Source: Candidatus Thorarchaeota archaeon (GTDB lineage Archaea > Asgardarchaeota > Thorarchaeia > Thorarchaeales > Thorarchaeaceae). Taken from it: a stretch of DNA of 21,008 bases. Both the position numbers and the translations under genes were made by a program. How positions within the stretch are numbered: the first letter of the stretch is position 1; each line of letters starts with the position of its first letter. The DNA lies in contig CP070761.1 in the NCBI GenBank assembly GCA_020348985.1, positions 1,252,639 to 1,273,646 on the forward strand. The letters run 5' to 3'. The notes under the pieces were generated by a model, which did no database searches, was not told where the DNA came from, and worked only from the letters and a program-made list of their open reading frames with translations. This document shows, piece by piece, positions 8,077-16,577 of this stretch.

Positions 8077-10629
8077 CTACGATCTTGTCTTCTTGACTGC
8101 AGCTTTTTGCGGTGCCTTCTTCCTGGTCTTGGTGGCTGCTTTCTTCTTCGGAGTGGTCTTCTTGGCAGCAGGGGCCTTCTTCTTGGCAGGCTTCTTCTTT
8201 GGAGGTGCTACCTTTCTTGAGGCCAATTCCTCCTTGTGACGTTCAACAACCTTTGACATTTCTGTCATGATGCCTTGCCATTTCTTACCTTCTCCAGCCG
8301 AGACCCATTCGACTCTGAATCGGTCATCAGCTATACCATGGCGCTCCATCCACTTGCGAATTCTGGGCTCTCGTTTTGCCATGAAGTGATTCCCTGTCTG
8401 GAAGTGACAGTCAGCAGGCAAGTGACATCCTGAGTAGAGTACGGCACCGGCATCCTGCTCGAATGCCTTCTGAGCGAACTTCGTCGCAAACCTTCCAGAG
8501 CACATTGCACGAATGATCCTTGCATTGGTTGGATACTGCATTCTCGAGACACCAGCTAGATCTGACCCCCTGTAAGAACAGAAAGCACATGCAAAGGCGA
8601 CAATCTTCTCCTCTGGATTATCACCTAGTGCAATGTCAATCTGGGAGAATATCTGTTCGTCGGTGAAGTTGGGCATATAGATCGCACCTTTAGGACAATC
8701 ACCTGCGCAGGTTCCACATGCTCTGCACAATGCCGAAACAACCGTGAATTTTCCGGTGCCATCCTGTGAGATTGCTCCATAGGGACAACGCTCAACGCAA
8801 CTTCCACATCTTGAGCAGAGATCTTGCATTATCTTGGCGCTCAACGCCTCGATGGGGTAGCGCCCCTTTTGGAGTATGACAGAAGCACGACCGGCTGCCG
8901 CGCTCGCCTGTATCACTGAATCACGAATGTCTTTCGGGGATTCTGCTCCGCCACATATGAAGATTCCAGCCGTGCTTGTGTCAACAGGTGCCAGCTTTGG
9001 ATGGGACTCGATATAGAACGAATCCTCTGTTGTGGAGATGGGTATTGGCAGTTCTCCTGCAGTTCCTTCAGCACCCATCGAAAGCAAGACGAGCTCTGCT
9101 TCCTGCATAATCAACTCATTATGAGTTGTATCCTCTACGCTCAGACGAAGATTCTGGGTGTCTGGGAACTGCTGTATTTCTCCTACTCTTCCTCGTACAA
9201 ACTTCACTCCCTGTTCTCTCGCCTTGCGGTATACATCTTCGAAGTACTTCCCGTGCATTCGCAAGTCTTGATAGAAGATGGTGATATCTGTGTCAGGGTA
9301 GTGTTCCTTTACCAATAGTGCACACTTGACAGATTCGGCGCAACAGTAGTTAGAGCAGCCTGAACGGGTTGATATATCCCGTGACCCTACACACTGAACA
9401 ACTGAGACTGACTTTGGTTCCTGATAGTCTGAAGGTCTCACTAATTGACCCTCAGTGGGCCCAGCAGCGTTAATCAATCGCTCGAACTCAAGCGTCGTAA
9501 TCACGTTGGGATACCTGCCCCACCCTAGTCTTGGGGTCTTTCTCGGATCTGCAGGATTGAAGCCGGTTGCCAGGATGATAACTCCGATATCAAACTCGAT
9601 GACTTGCTCGGTGTCTTCAGGCTTGATTGCCTCTTGTTCACATTTGTCTATGCACTTTCCGCATCTTATCAGATCCATACCAAGACAAGTATCTACGTCG
9701 ATGTAATATGCCGAGGGAACCGCTTGGGGGAATGGGATTGATATGGCCTTTCGCCAGCTCAGGTTTTGATCTGTTCTATCAGGGACATCGATGGGACAGA
9801 CCTCAACGCAATCATTACACGCTGTGCACTTGTCAGTGTCCACGAACCTTGGGCGTTGCTTGACCTTCACGTGGAAGTTCCCTACGTATCCATCAACTGA
9901 CTCGAGCTCGGCCATCGTGTAGAGCCTTATGTTTGGATGTTGGTAGATATCAACCATCTTCGGGCCCAAGATGCAGATAGAACAGTCATTCTGCGGGAAT
10001 ACTTTGTCTAGTATCGCCATGTTGCCCCCGATGGTTGGCTGCTTCTCGATGAGGTATACAAGATACCCCATTTCAGCAAGGTCATACGCCGCTTGCATAC
10101 CAGCCACTCCAGCTCCGACAACCATTGCGGCCTGGGTTACATTGACGTCTTGTTCCGGTTGTGCCTCAAGAGTTGCCGCCTTTGAGACGGCCATAGCTAT
10201 GAGTTCCTTTGCCTTCAAAGTTGCCAGTTCTGGTTCTGATTGGTGAACCCAAGAAACGTGTTCTCTAATGTTGGCCATAATACAGAGGTATGGATTCAAG
10301 CCAGCCGCCTTCACTGCCTTTCTGAAGGTGGCCTCATGCATTGTCGGACTGCAAGACGCGACAACAACTCGATTAAGGCTGTGCTCATTGATAGCGACTT
10401 GGATTTCTTTTTGCCCGGGATCAGCACATGTGTATCGATTGTCTTGCACAAAAACCACGCCGGGTAGATCCCTTGAAAACTCGGCAACTTCATCTATGTC
10501 GACAACTGCACCAATGTTCTTTCCGCATCTGCATGGGAAGACTCCAATTCGAACCTCCTCGCCTGCATGATGGATTTCCCTCTTTGTCGATTCTACTTCG
10601 CTCTCGGGATTCGATTCGCTCTTGGTCAT
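8077..10629 (-). CDS. hdrA: Heterodisulfide reductase subunit A fused to an MvhD [2Fe-2S] domain, with a basic low-complexity C-terminal tail
   Basis: GVFPCRCG, ASCSP, NIREH, FAD motif GAGVAG, DCSICIL, an inserted ferredoxin, TLEFERL, CVGSR..CSNYCCAESVK and a C-terminal ferredoxin. The MvhD motifs follow: FACAFCSY.GSDLAG, MCSGR, GCHLPADCHF. Start placed at ATG 10629 because the track's extension to 10758 has no HdrA character. Confidence 0.95.
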   Translation of the reverse strand: MTKSESNPESEVESTKREIHHAGEEVRIGVFPCRCGKNIGAVVDIDEVAEFSRDLPGVVFVQDNRYTCADPGQKEIQVAINEHSLNRVVVASCSPTMHEATFRKAVKAAGLNPYLCIMANIREHVSWVHQSEPELATLKAKELIAMAVSKAATLEAQPEQDVNVTQAAMVVGAGVAGMQAAYDLAEMGYLVYLIEKQPTIGGNMAILDKVFPQNDCSICILGPKMVDIYQHPNIRLYTMAELESVDGYVGNFHVKVKQRPRFVDTDKCTACNDCVEVCPIDVPDRTDQNLSWRKAISIPFPQAVPSAYYIDVDTCLGMDLIRCGKCIDKCEQEAIKPEDTEQVIEFDIGVIILATGFNPADPRKTPRLGWGRYPNVITTLEFERLINAAGPTEGQLVRPSDYQEPKSVSVVQCVGSRDISTRSGCSNYCCAESVKCALLVKEHYPDTDITIFYQDLRMHGKYFEDVYRKAREQGVKFVRGRVGEIQQFPDTQNLRLSVEDTTHNELIMQEAELVLLSMGAEGTAGELPIPISTTEDSFYIESHPKLAPVDTSTAGIFICGGAESPKDIRDSVIQASAAAGRASVILQKGRYPIEALSAKIMQDLCSRCGSCVERCPYGAISQDGTGKFTVVSALCRACGTCAGDCPKGAIYMPNFTDEQIFSQIDIALGDNPEEKIVAFACAFCSYRGSDLAGVSRMQYPTNARIIRAMCSGRFATKFAQKAFEQDAGAVLYSGCHLPADCHFQTGNHFMAKREPRIRKWMERHGIADDRFRVEWVSAGEGKKWQGIMTEMSKVVERHKEELASRKVAPPKKKPAKKKAPAAKKTTPKKKAATKTRKKAPQKAAVKKTRS

Positions 10630-10754
10630 CGATACACATTCCGATTCAGATGCGAGTCCTCTTCCGAACACTAGCTGGACTTGGCAAAACTGAACAATCG
10701 AGTAATAAAGGTTCACAATCCCGAACAATATAGAAGATGGAGCTCGGCTGACTG

Positions 10755-12734
10755 TCACTTGCGAATTCTTCGCCAGAAGAGAATCGTACCTATTGCAACG
10801 GGCACCACTGTGATAAGACCAATGACAAGTAGTGTGTTGATTCTTGGGTTATGGTCATAACCGTCCAATGCTAGGTCAAAGTCGTAGTCAGGAATCAGCG
10901 GATCCAGACCCTCAATAATCTCAAGTCCATCGCGCAGTCCATCAGAATCCGAGTCATCTGAAAGTGGATTCATTCCACGAGACACTTCATCGGCATCTTT
11001 GACGCCATCCAAGTCACCATCTTCAGAATGTGGGTCGGCGCCATACATGAATTCCTCCAAATTGGTCAGATTGTCATTGTCTGGGTCGAGGTGACTGTCG
11101 TCAACAAGAGGGTTCGTCTGATAGGTAATCTCCCACATATCATCCATCAAATCCTGATCTGAGTCTGTGGAATTGGGGAACGTTCCCAGCTGGAACTCAC
11201 GAAGATTCGTCAGACCATCGTTGTCAAGGTCTTCCAACGTATCATCCTTCAATGGATTAGTCTCAAACTGTACCTCAAGGCCATCTAGAATGCCGTCCAT
11301 ATCGGTGTCAGACACGAAGATGTCCGTGTTGGCACCCAGCTCCTCAGTATCGGAGAGACCGTCACCGTCCCAATCCAGTGGCGGATCGGGTTCAGACCAC
11401 GAAAACTGGTCTGAATCCATCACACCATTACCGTCAGTGTCCGATTCATAGTCTAGATAAAGTTCCAAATCTGCAGTACTCTCACCCACGTTGGTAATCG
11501 TCATAGTCACAGGACCTAAAGCTACTTCTCTGACTGTCGTCAGTGAGATGTCTGTAATGTTGTCAGCTGTTGTCATCAGCGCGAGACCATTCTGATCGAT
11601 GATGTTGATCTGTATCGTTCCATTCACACCAAGATTACCATGTATGGCAAGAGTCTGTGGTACGGTCATTACCGTGTTGATTGAAACAGCTGCATCAGGT
11701 TCAAGATTCTCCTGAATCTTGTATGATGTGACCTCTCCGTTTCCCTGTTCTCCCAGATATACTGCAACTGCGGCAGCAGCCTTGGCCAATAGCCTTCCTT
11801 GTGTTGTGTTATACGAGGCACTATCTAACGAGTCACTTGGCGGGCTTTCTGGATTCATGAGATGACCGCTAATCACATTGACAGCGGGAATCCCTTCATC
11901 CCAAAACTTCCAATGATCTGACTGGGTTCTCCATTCCTCTTTTGCAGTGATTATGTCGAGTCCTGAGAGCTGCATCATTGACACAAGTAAGTCAGCCAAG
12001 TACTTCGTCTTGTGATATCCGTGAATGTCTTCGCGTTCGTGTTCAGCATATAGTCTTCGCTCCGACGGCTGATCATGATCAGAGAACAGCACTTCATCGA
12101 AATTGTACATGGCAATAACGTTCACATTGTTCTGAACAAGTTCATCTGCGATCTCGGCGGCTCCGAAGAGTGCCCTAGTCTTTCTTCGTTGATCCAGAAA
12201 GACCGTATTATATGAGAAGAATCCATAGTATACATCGATTGGTAGCCGGAAGTTAGACAAGATTGTTGCGATCATCATGACGACGGCTGAACCCCCGGCG
12301 TTCTGGTGGACCCCCGAGCCGAATTCTTCTGAGTCAAGATGAGCCCCGAAAACAATAGCGCGGTTATCAGTACCATAGCCCTCCTGGTGTCCAAGTACAG
12401 CATCGTGAGGTTTCACTAGGCTGGAAGTAATTCCAAGTTCTTCCAAGGACTCCATGAGATAGTCCGCTGCTACATAGTAACCGCTTTCTGGGTACTCGAT
12501 GTATCTATTCCCGACACCAACAATCGATGCGAGAGGTGTAAGATAGTCCTGACTCAGGCCAAGATCCCATGCAATCTCCCACCAGTTTAGACTGTTGTAC
12601 GGATGCGGCTCAATAATATCTATTTCATCAGGGGGCTCTGGAGTATATGGTGGGAATAGCAGAACATATGCAACAGTCGCTGAAGCTATGACTAGGGCCA
12701 AGAGTGCCAATGCTTCAAGTCTTCTCCGAGACAT
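10755..12734 (-). CDS. Membrane-anchored M28 peptidase-like protein with DxDxDG (thrombospondin type 3-like) Ca-binding repeats; active site appears degenerate
   Basis: N-terminal signal/TM segment (MSRRRLEALALLALVIA), FGAHLDS, YNFDE, QSDHWKFW..GIPA, nine DxDxDG-like units, and a C-terminal TM followed by WRRIRK. Confidence 0.8.
   Translation of the reverse strand: MSRRRLEALALLALVIASATVAYVLLFPPYTPEPPDEIDIIEPHPYNSLNWWEIAWDLGLSQDYLTPLASIVGVGNRYIEYPESGYYVAADYLMESLEELGITSSLVKPHDAVLGHQEGYGTDNRAIVFGAHLDSEEFGSGVHQNAGGSAVVMMIATILSNFRLPIDVYYGFFSYNTVFLDQRRKTRALFGAAEIADELVQNNVNVIAMYNFDEVLFSDHDQPSERRLYAEHEREDIHGYHKTKYLADLLVSMMQLSGLDIITAKEEWRTQSDHWKFWDEGIPAVNVISGHLMNPESPPSDSLDSASYNTTQGRLLAKAAAAVAVYLGEQGNGEVTSYKIQENLEPDAAVSINTVMTVPQTLAIHGNLGVNGTIQINIIDQNGLALMTTADNITDISLTTVREVALGPVTMTITNVGESTADLELYLDYESDTDGNGVMDSDQFSWSEPDPPLDWDGDGLSDTEELGANTDIFVSDTDMDGILDGLEVQFETNPLKDDTLEDLDNDGLTNLREFQLGTFPNSTDSDQDLMDDMWEITYQTNPLVDDSHLDPDNDNLTNLEEFMYGADPHSEDGDLDGVKDADEVSRGMNPLSDDSDSDGLRDGLEIIEGLDPLIPDYDFDLALDGYDHNPRINTLLVIGLITVVPVAIGTILFWRRIRK
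10865..11445 (-). repeat. Protein-level tandem DxDxDG-x-x-D-x-x-E repeats (about 9 units)
   Basis: DTDGNGVMD, DWDGDGLSD, DTDMDGILD, DLDNDGLTN, DSDQDLMDD, DPDNDNLTN, DGDLDGVKD, DSDSDGLRD, DYDFDLALD. Boundaries are approximate. Confidence 0.8.
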
Positions 12735-12867
12735 GGCGTTTGAGTCCCCAATTGACGGGACCTTAACTAAAATGATGGACATAAAAACGGTCCGAAAAGA
12801 GCATAGTATCAATTACATACCGTTACTGCTTTTAACACGAATTCCACTCCGCATCTCGGCGCGACTA

Positions 12868-13977
12868 ATGAGCGAGATAGATAGATGCGTAAGATGCGGG
12901 TCATGCCTCCAGTTCTGCCCATTGTTCAATGTGACAGGTGAAGAGCAGTTCAGCCCTAGAGGCAAGCTCTACTTACTTCAGGTAATGGACCTCATCGAGA
13001 ACGACGAAGAGTTGGGTCGTGACTTCAGGAGACTGCTTTTCCAGTGCACAATGTGTGGTAGATGCAAAGATGTGTGCTCATCAGACGTTGACCTTCTCAA
13101 AATCTGGCACGAACAGAGAGCCAAGGCGGTTGGCGCAGCTCCGTTTGAATTCGAGTATCTTGATTCGCTCAGAGATTCTTTGGCCAATGTGTATAACATC
13201 TACGGACTTGACCCCGACGACCGCGCAATCTACTGGCTTGATGAGGTGGAGGACGAGATTCCGAACATCCACGATAGAGTCTACACCAACGGGAAGACTG
13301 CGGAGATTATGGTCTTTCTCGGTTGCCTGATGTCATTCAGAAGCAGCCAGCTCGATGTAGTCAAGTCATTTCTCAAGGCACTGGAAATTGTAGATGCGGA
13401 CTACCTTGTGATGGGAGCTGAGGAGTTTTGCTGTGGACATCCGCTTCATCTTACAGGCGATGAGTCAGGAGCAGACAATCTCAGAAAGCACAACCGCAGT
13501 GTGATTGAAGCGGCCGGAGCAAAGAAAGTGATTACTGGATGCCCTGGGTGCCTAATTCAGCTCAGGAAGTATCACAATTTCGAGAGTGCAGTGGCGATGC
13601 ATCACACCGAGTTCTTTGATCATTTGCTGGAAGTCATGCCAGCAACCAAGCGAACGGAAACTTTCGCATATCACGATCCATGTGAGCTTGGAAGGATACT
13701 AGATGTCAAGGAGGAACCACGATCTGTTCTCAACAAACTGGGAGTCAAATACAGGGAAATGGATCTAAGCTGCTGCGGTGGTGGAGGACTGCTTCGAATG
13801 ACTGACCCCAATCTCAGTGACAAGATTATCCAACTGAAGAGAGCTACTGAGAGACTGAGCGAGACAACCGTCGTCACTGCTTGCCCCTCATGCCGCGAGG
13901 TGTTCCTCTCAAATGAGATACAAACGGTAGACATCGTTGAACTTATGGCTGAGGCTTTTGAAGGGGGTGGAGGATAG
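12868..13977 (+). CDS. HdrD/GlpC/GlcF-like Fe-S oxidoreductase (2x[4Fe-4S] plus two CCG domains)
   Basis: CVRCGSCLQFCP, CTMCGRCKDVC, FLGC...CCG...CPGC and HDPC...CCGGGG...CPSC. Start set at ATG 12868 (MSEIDRC) so that it does not overlap the divergent gene. Confidence 0.9.
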   Translation: MSEIDRCVRCGSCLQFCPLFNVTGEEQFSPRGKLYLLQVMDLIENDEELGRDFRRLLFQCTMCGRCKDVCSSDVDLLKIWHEQRAKAVGAAPFEFEYLDSLRDSLANVYNIYGLDPDDRAIYWLDEVEDEIPNIHDRVYTNGKTAEIMVFLGCLMSFRSSQLDVVKSFLKALEIVDADYLVMGAEEFCCGHPLHLTGDESGADNLRKHNRSVIEAAGAKKVITGCPGCLIQLRKYHNFESAVAMHHTEFFDHLLEVMPATKRTETFAYHDPCELGRILDVKEEPRSVLNKLGVKYREMDLSCCGGGGLLRMTDPNLSDKIIQLKRATERLSETTVVTACPSCREVFLSNEIQTVDIVELMAEAFEGGGG

Positions 13978-15318
13978 ATGAAGCTCAGAGATGTTGTTGC
14001 TGGTGCTAACGCCTCAATGTATCACCGACTTGACTTCCAGAAGATCCGGGGAGTCTACTATCCGCGCTCAGAAGCAGAAGTTGTAGAAGCCATCGAGCAA
14101 GCCAGAGCAAAGGGTTACGAGATTACGCCCAAGGGCGGAGGCTCGGGTCTAAGCGGAGCGTGTACTGGAGGAAACCGTGATCGTTTCATAGTCAGCACAC
14201 TTCAAATGAAAGAACTCCTCACAATCTCGAAAGACCAAGGTTACGTCGATGTTCAGCCTGGAGCTACTCCGGATGAGATAAACGAGGTTCTCGAACCAAT
14301 GGGAATGAAGCTCTATGTATCTCCAAGCTCTAGGGACATTGCTACTTTGGGAGGGCTGCTCGCAACAGACGGTGGCGGTAACGACACGTGGGCTAATGGA
14401 ACAATGCGTGACAACACTGTGCGAGTTAAGATGGTCCTTTATGATGGCAGACGTCTGATAGTTGACTGGGAAGGAGTCAGAAGTGATGACGCAGAACTCG
14501 CACTCGAGCTCAACAAGAAAGACATGACAATCCACGACGTCGCCAGCGCACATGGAACGCTAGGATTCGTGACTGAGCTCAGGGTCACAATCAGACCTCT
14601 TGTTGAGGAACACCTGATGGGAGCCATTGCTGTATACGAGGACTTCGATGCGTTAGGGTCCGCGCTTGATAGGATGATCAAATCTGAGACCCCTATCAGA
14701 TACGGAGAAGCGATTGTAGAAGCTCACAAGGACGTGAGAGATGATCTGACACCGCCAATCCTTATTCTCGAGTTTCCTGAAAAGGAGAAGGCAAGCATAG
14801 CCGAGACAACTGACTTTGAAGAGGTTGATTCTGGGGAGCTGGAACGCCTGAAGGACATCAGGATAAAGCTCCCGAAACGAAATCCCAATGAAGGCGTTCA
14901 AGCGGCGCTCTTTGAGGGTTATGGATTCTTTGAGGACAGCTTGAGAGGTATGCAATCGAGGATGGAAGCTATCAATGGTCTTCTCATAGAGGATGGATTC
15001 GAACCCTTCGCGAAATATGGCCACGGTCCGAGTAAGTGGTATCTCGGCGATAATACGCCAGCATTTGGATTGATTATGCACTCGCGAGAAATCAGGCCGA
15101 CGGACAAGACTGGAAAGGAGTTGTTCGAGACTGTTCTGAAGATTGTGGATCTGTGCGATGACATGGGAATAACGCCGAAACCAGAGCACAAGTGGCCTTT
15201 CAGCGACAAGGCGAAGAAGACGCGTATTGAAGAACTTAGGACAATAATCGGAGAAGGATTCAATGCGTTCATCTTCGAGCCAGAGTGCGCTTCCGAGACT
15301 CTTTCCTCAATGGTCTGA
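13978..15318 (+). CDS. FAD-binding oxidoreductase, GlcD / D-lactate dehydrogenase (FAD_binding_4) family, with divergent C-terminus
   Basis: YPRSEAEV..., PKGGGSGLSGAC, VQPG, ATLGGLLATDGGG, HGTLGFVTE, and C-terminal PEHK (family consensus GEHG). Abuts the Fe-S subunit gene. Confidence 0.85.
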   Translation: MKLRDVVAGANASMYHRLDFQKIRGVYYPRSEAEVVEAIEQARAKGYEITPKGGGSGLSGACTGGNRDRFIVSTLQMKELLTISKDQGYVDVQPGATPDEINEVLEPMGMKLYVSPSSRDIATLGGLLATDGGGNDTWANGTMRDNTVRVKMVLYDGRRLIVDWEGVRSDDAELALELNKKDMTIHDVASAHGTLGFVTELRVTIRPLVEEHLMGAIAVYEDFDALGSALDRMIKSETPIRYGEAIVEAHKDVRDDLTPPILILEFPEKEKASIAETTDFEEVDSGELERLKDIRIKLPKRNPNEGVQAALFEGYGFFEDSLRGMQSRMEAINGLLIEDGFEPFAKYGHGPSKWYLGDNTPAFGLIMHSREIRPTDKTGKELFETVLKIVDLCDDMGITPKPEHKWPFSDKAKKTRIEELRTIIGEGFNAFIFEPECASETLSSMV

Positions 15319-15383
15319 AAGGACCGAATACTTTCGGCCATCTCCGAGGGGTGCTTAAAAGGACCTCTAGACACCAACCTTTG

Positions 15384-16523
15384 ATGAGAATGGTAAGACC
15401 CAGCCGCAGCCCCAGGGGCCTCTTTGACCCCTATTATGTGCCATCGAAACTTCTGCATCGCGATAGAGAGCTGGATACGATAAACGGCGTGTATCGCGAC
15501 TCCTACGAGGACAATTACGGCATCAACTGTCTCGTCCATGGGATATCCGGCGTCGGACGGACTGTCTTCTCACGATACTTTCTCACCAAGATAGTCCCGG
15601 AGAATTTCGACGCCAGGACCGTATATGTGGATGCAAGGAGCAAAGGCTACGCTGAGATTGTGACAGAACTCAACGACAAGATTGCGGGGATGTCCGAGGC
15701 TGTTACTGTTGCCTTTGACCTTGACCAGTTGTGGATTCAGTTCAAGAGAACAGCAGCATCTTCTCCAAAGAGGACCGTCTTTGTGATTGACAACATCGAC
15801 GACACGAACGAGGAGGTCTACGCCAAGCTCGCAAGACTGTCTAAGGAAATCAACGCAAGCACAATTGGAATACTCAACAGCCATGACTACAGGTTCCTGA
15901 CCAAGGTTCCCGCAACCTCCATGGCGTATGACTTCGAGTTACCACTAGATACCTACACTCAGGCACAGCTATACGAGATCATAAGGATGCGAGTTGAAGA
16001 CACGTTTCCCCTCGGCCTGACCGAGGAAGTGCTTCGTTATATCACCGATATTGTGTGCGAGTTCGACGCATCTAAGCCGAAGACCTCAATCGAGGCTTTG
16101 AAGGTCCTTTGGCCACTCGCCCAAAGGGGCCAAGAGATTGACTCGGACTCGGTAAGAGCAGCAACTTCAAGGATAACAACGTTTGGACACGACCAGGACT
16201 ATATGGACATCATTGATACTATCAGCATGAATGACTTCATGACATTGCTTGTTCTGGAAGCGATGACTGAACATCTGATGCGCTACAAGACAGAGACCTA
16301 CATTGACAGGCAGACTCTGAGTGAACTTGTTATGATCAAATGCGAGGAACTTGATGTCAAATACTCTGACAACGACATTGAGAGAAGTCTGCAGACTCTG
16401 ATTTTCCAGAGCGTGGTGTTTGAATCAGGATACTCTCGAAGTCTACTCTATACTCTAGTGCCGCCTGAGATACTCCATGATACAGCCCTCAGCCTTAGGA
16501 GAGAACTAGTAAGAAGGAAGTAG
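15384..16523 (+). CDS. Cdc6/Orc1-family AAA+ paralogue with degenerate ATPase motifs
   Basis: FDPYYVPSKLLHRDRELDTI N-terminus, GISGVGRT, VFVIDNID, YTQAQLYEIIRMR and a C-terminal winged-helix-like region. TATA-like CTTAAAAG about 30 nt before ATG 15384; ATG 15390 is an alternative start. Confidence 0.85.
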   Translation: MRMVRPSRSPRGLFDPYYVPSKLLHRDRELDTINGVYRDSYEDNYGINCLVHGISGVGRTVFSRYFLTKIVPENFDARTVYVDARSKGYAEIVTELNDKIAGMSEAVTVAFDLDQLWIQFKRTAASSPKRTVFVIDNIDDTNEEVYAKLARLSKEINASTIGILNSHDYRFLTKVPATSMAYDFELPLDTYTQAQLYEIIRMRVEDTFPLGLTEEVLRYITDIVCEFDASKPKTSIEALKVLWPLAQRGQEIDSDSVRAATSRITTFGHDQDYMDIIDTISMNDFMTLLVLEAMTEHLMRYKTETYIDRQTLSELVMIKCEELDVKYSDNDIERSLQTLIFQSVVFESGYSRSLLYTLVPPEILHDTALSLRRELVRRK

Positions 16524-16577
16524 AATGCTGGAGAGCACAAAGACTTAACTCTGAGGTTTCCACATTCATCGCTTCAA

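Noticed and set aside
10660-10735. Repeated TGTTC-like words and a GTTC-N8-GAAC inverted repeat upstream of hdrA
   Set aside because: Short, irregularly spaced and with no second instance to support an operator call.
10630-10758. N-terminal extensions in the ORF track (hdrA to 10758; likewise 12595, 12812, 15285 and 18109 for other genes)
   Set aside because: The extensions lack family similarity, overlap neighbouring genes or cover promoter-like sequence. Downstream ATGs fit the domain starts.
15319-15383. Replication origin next to the cdc6-like gene
   Set aside because: The intergenic gaps are only about 55-65 bp, with no ORB repeats or AT-rich unwinding element.
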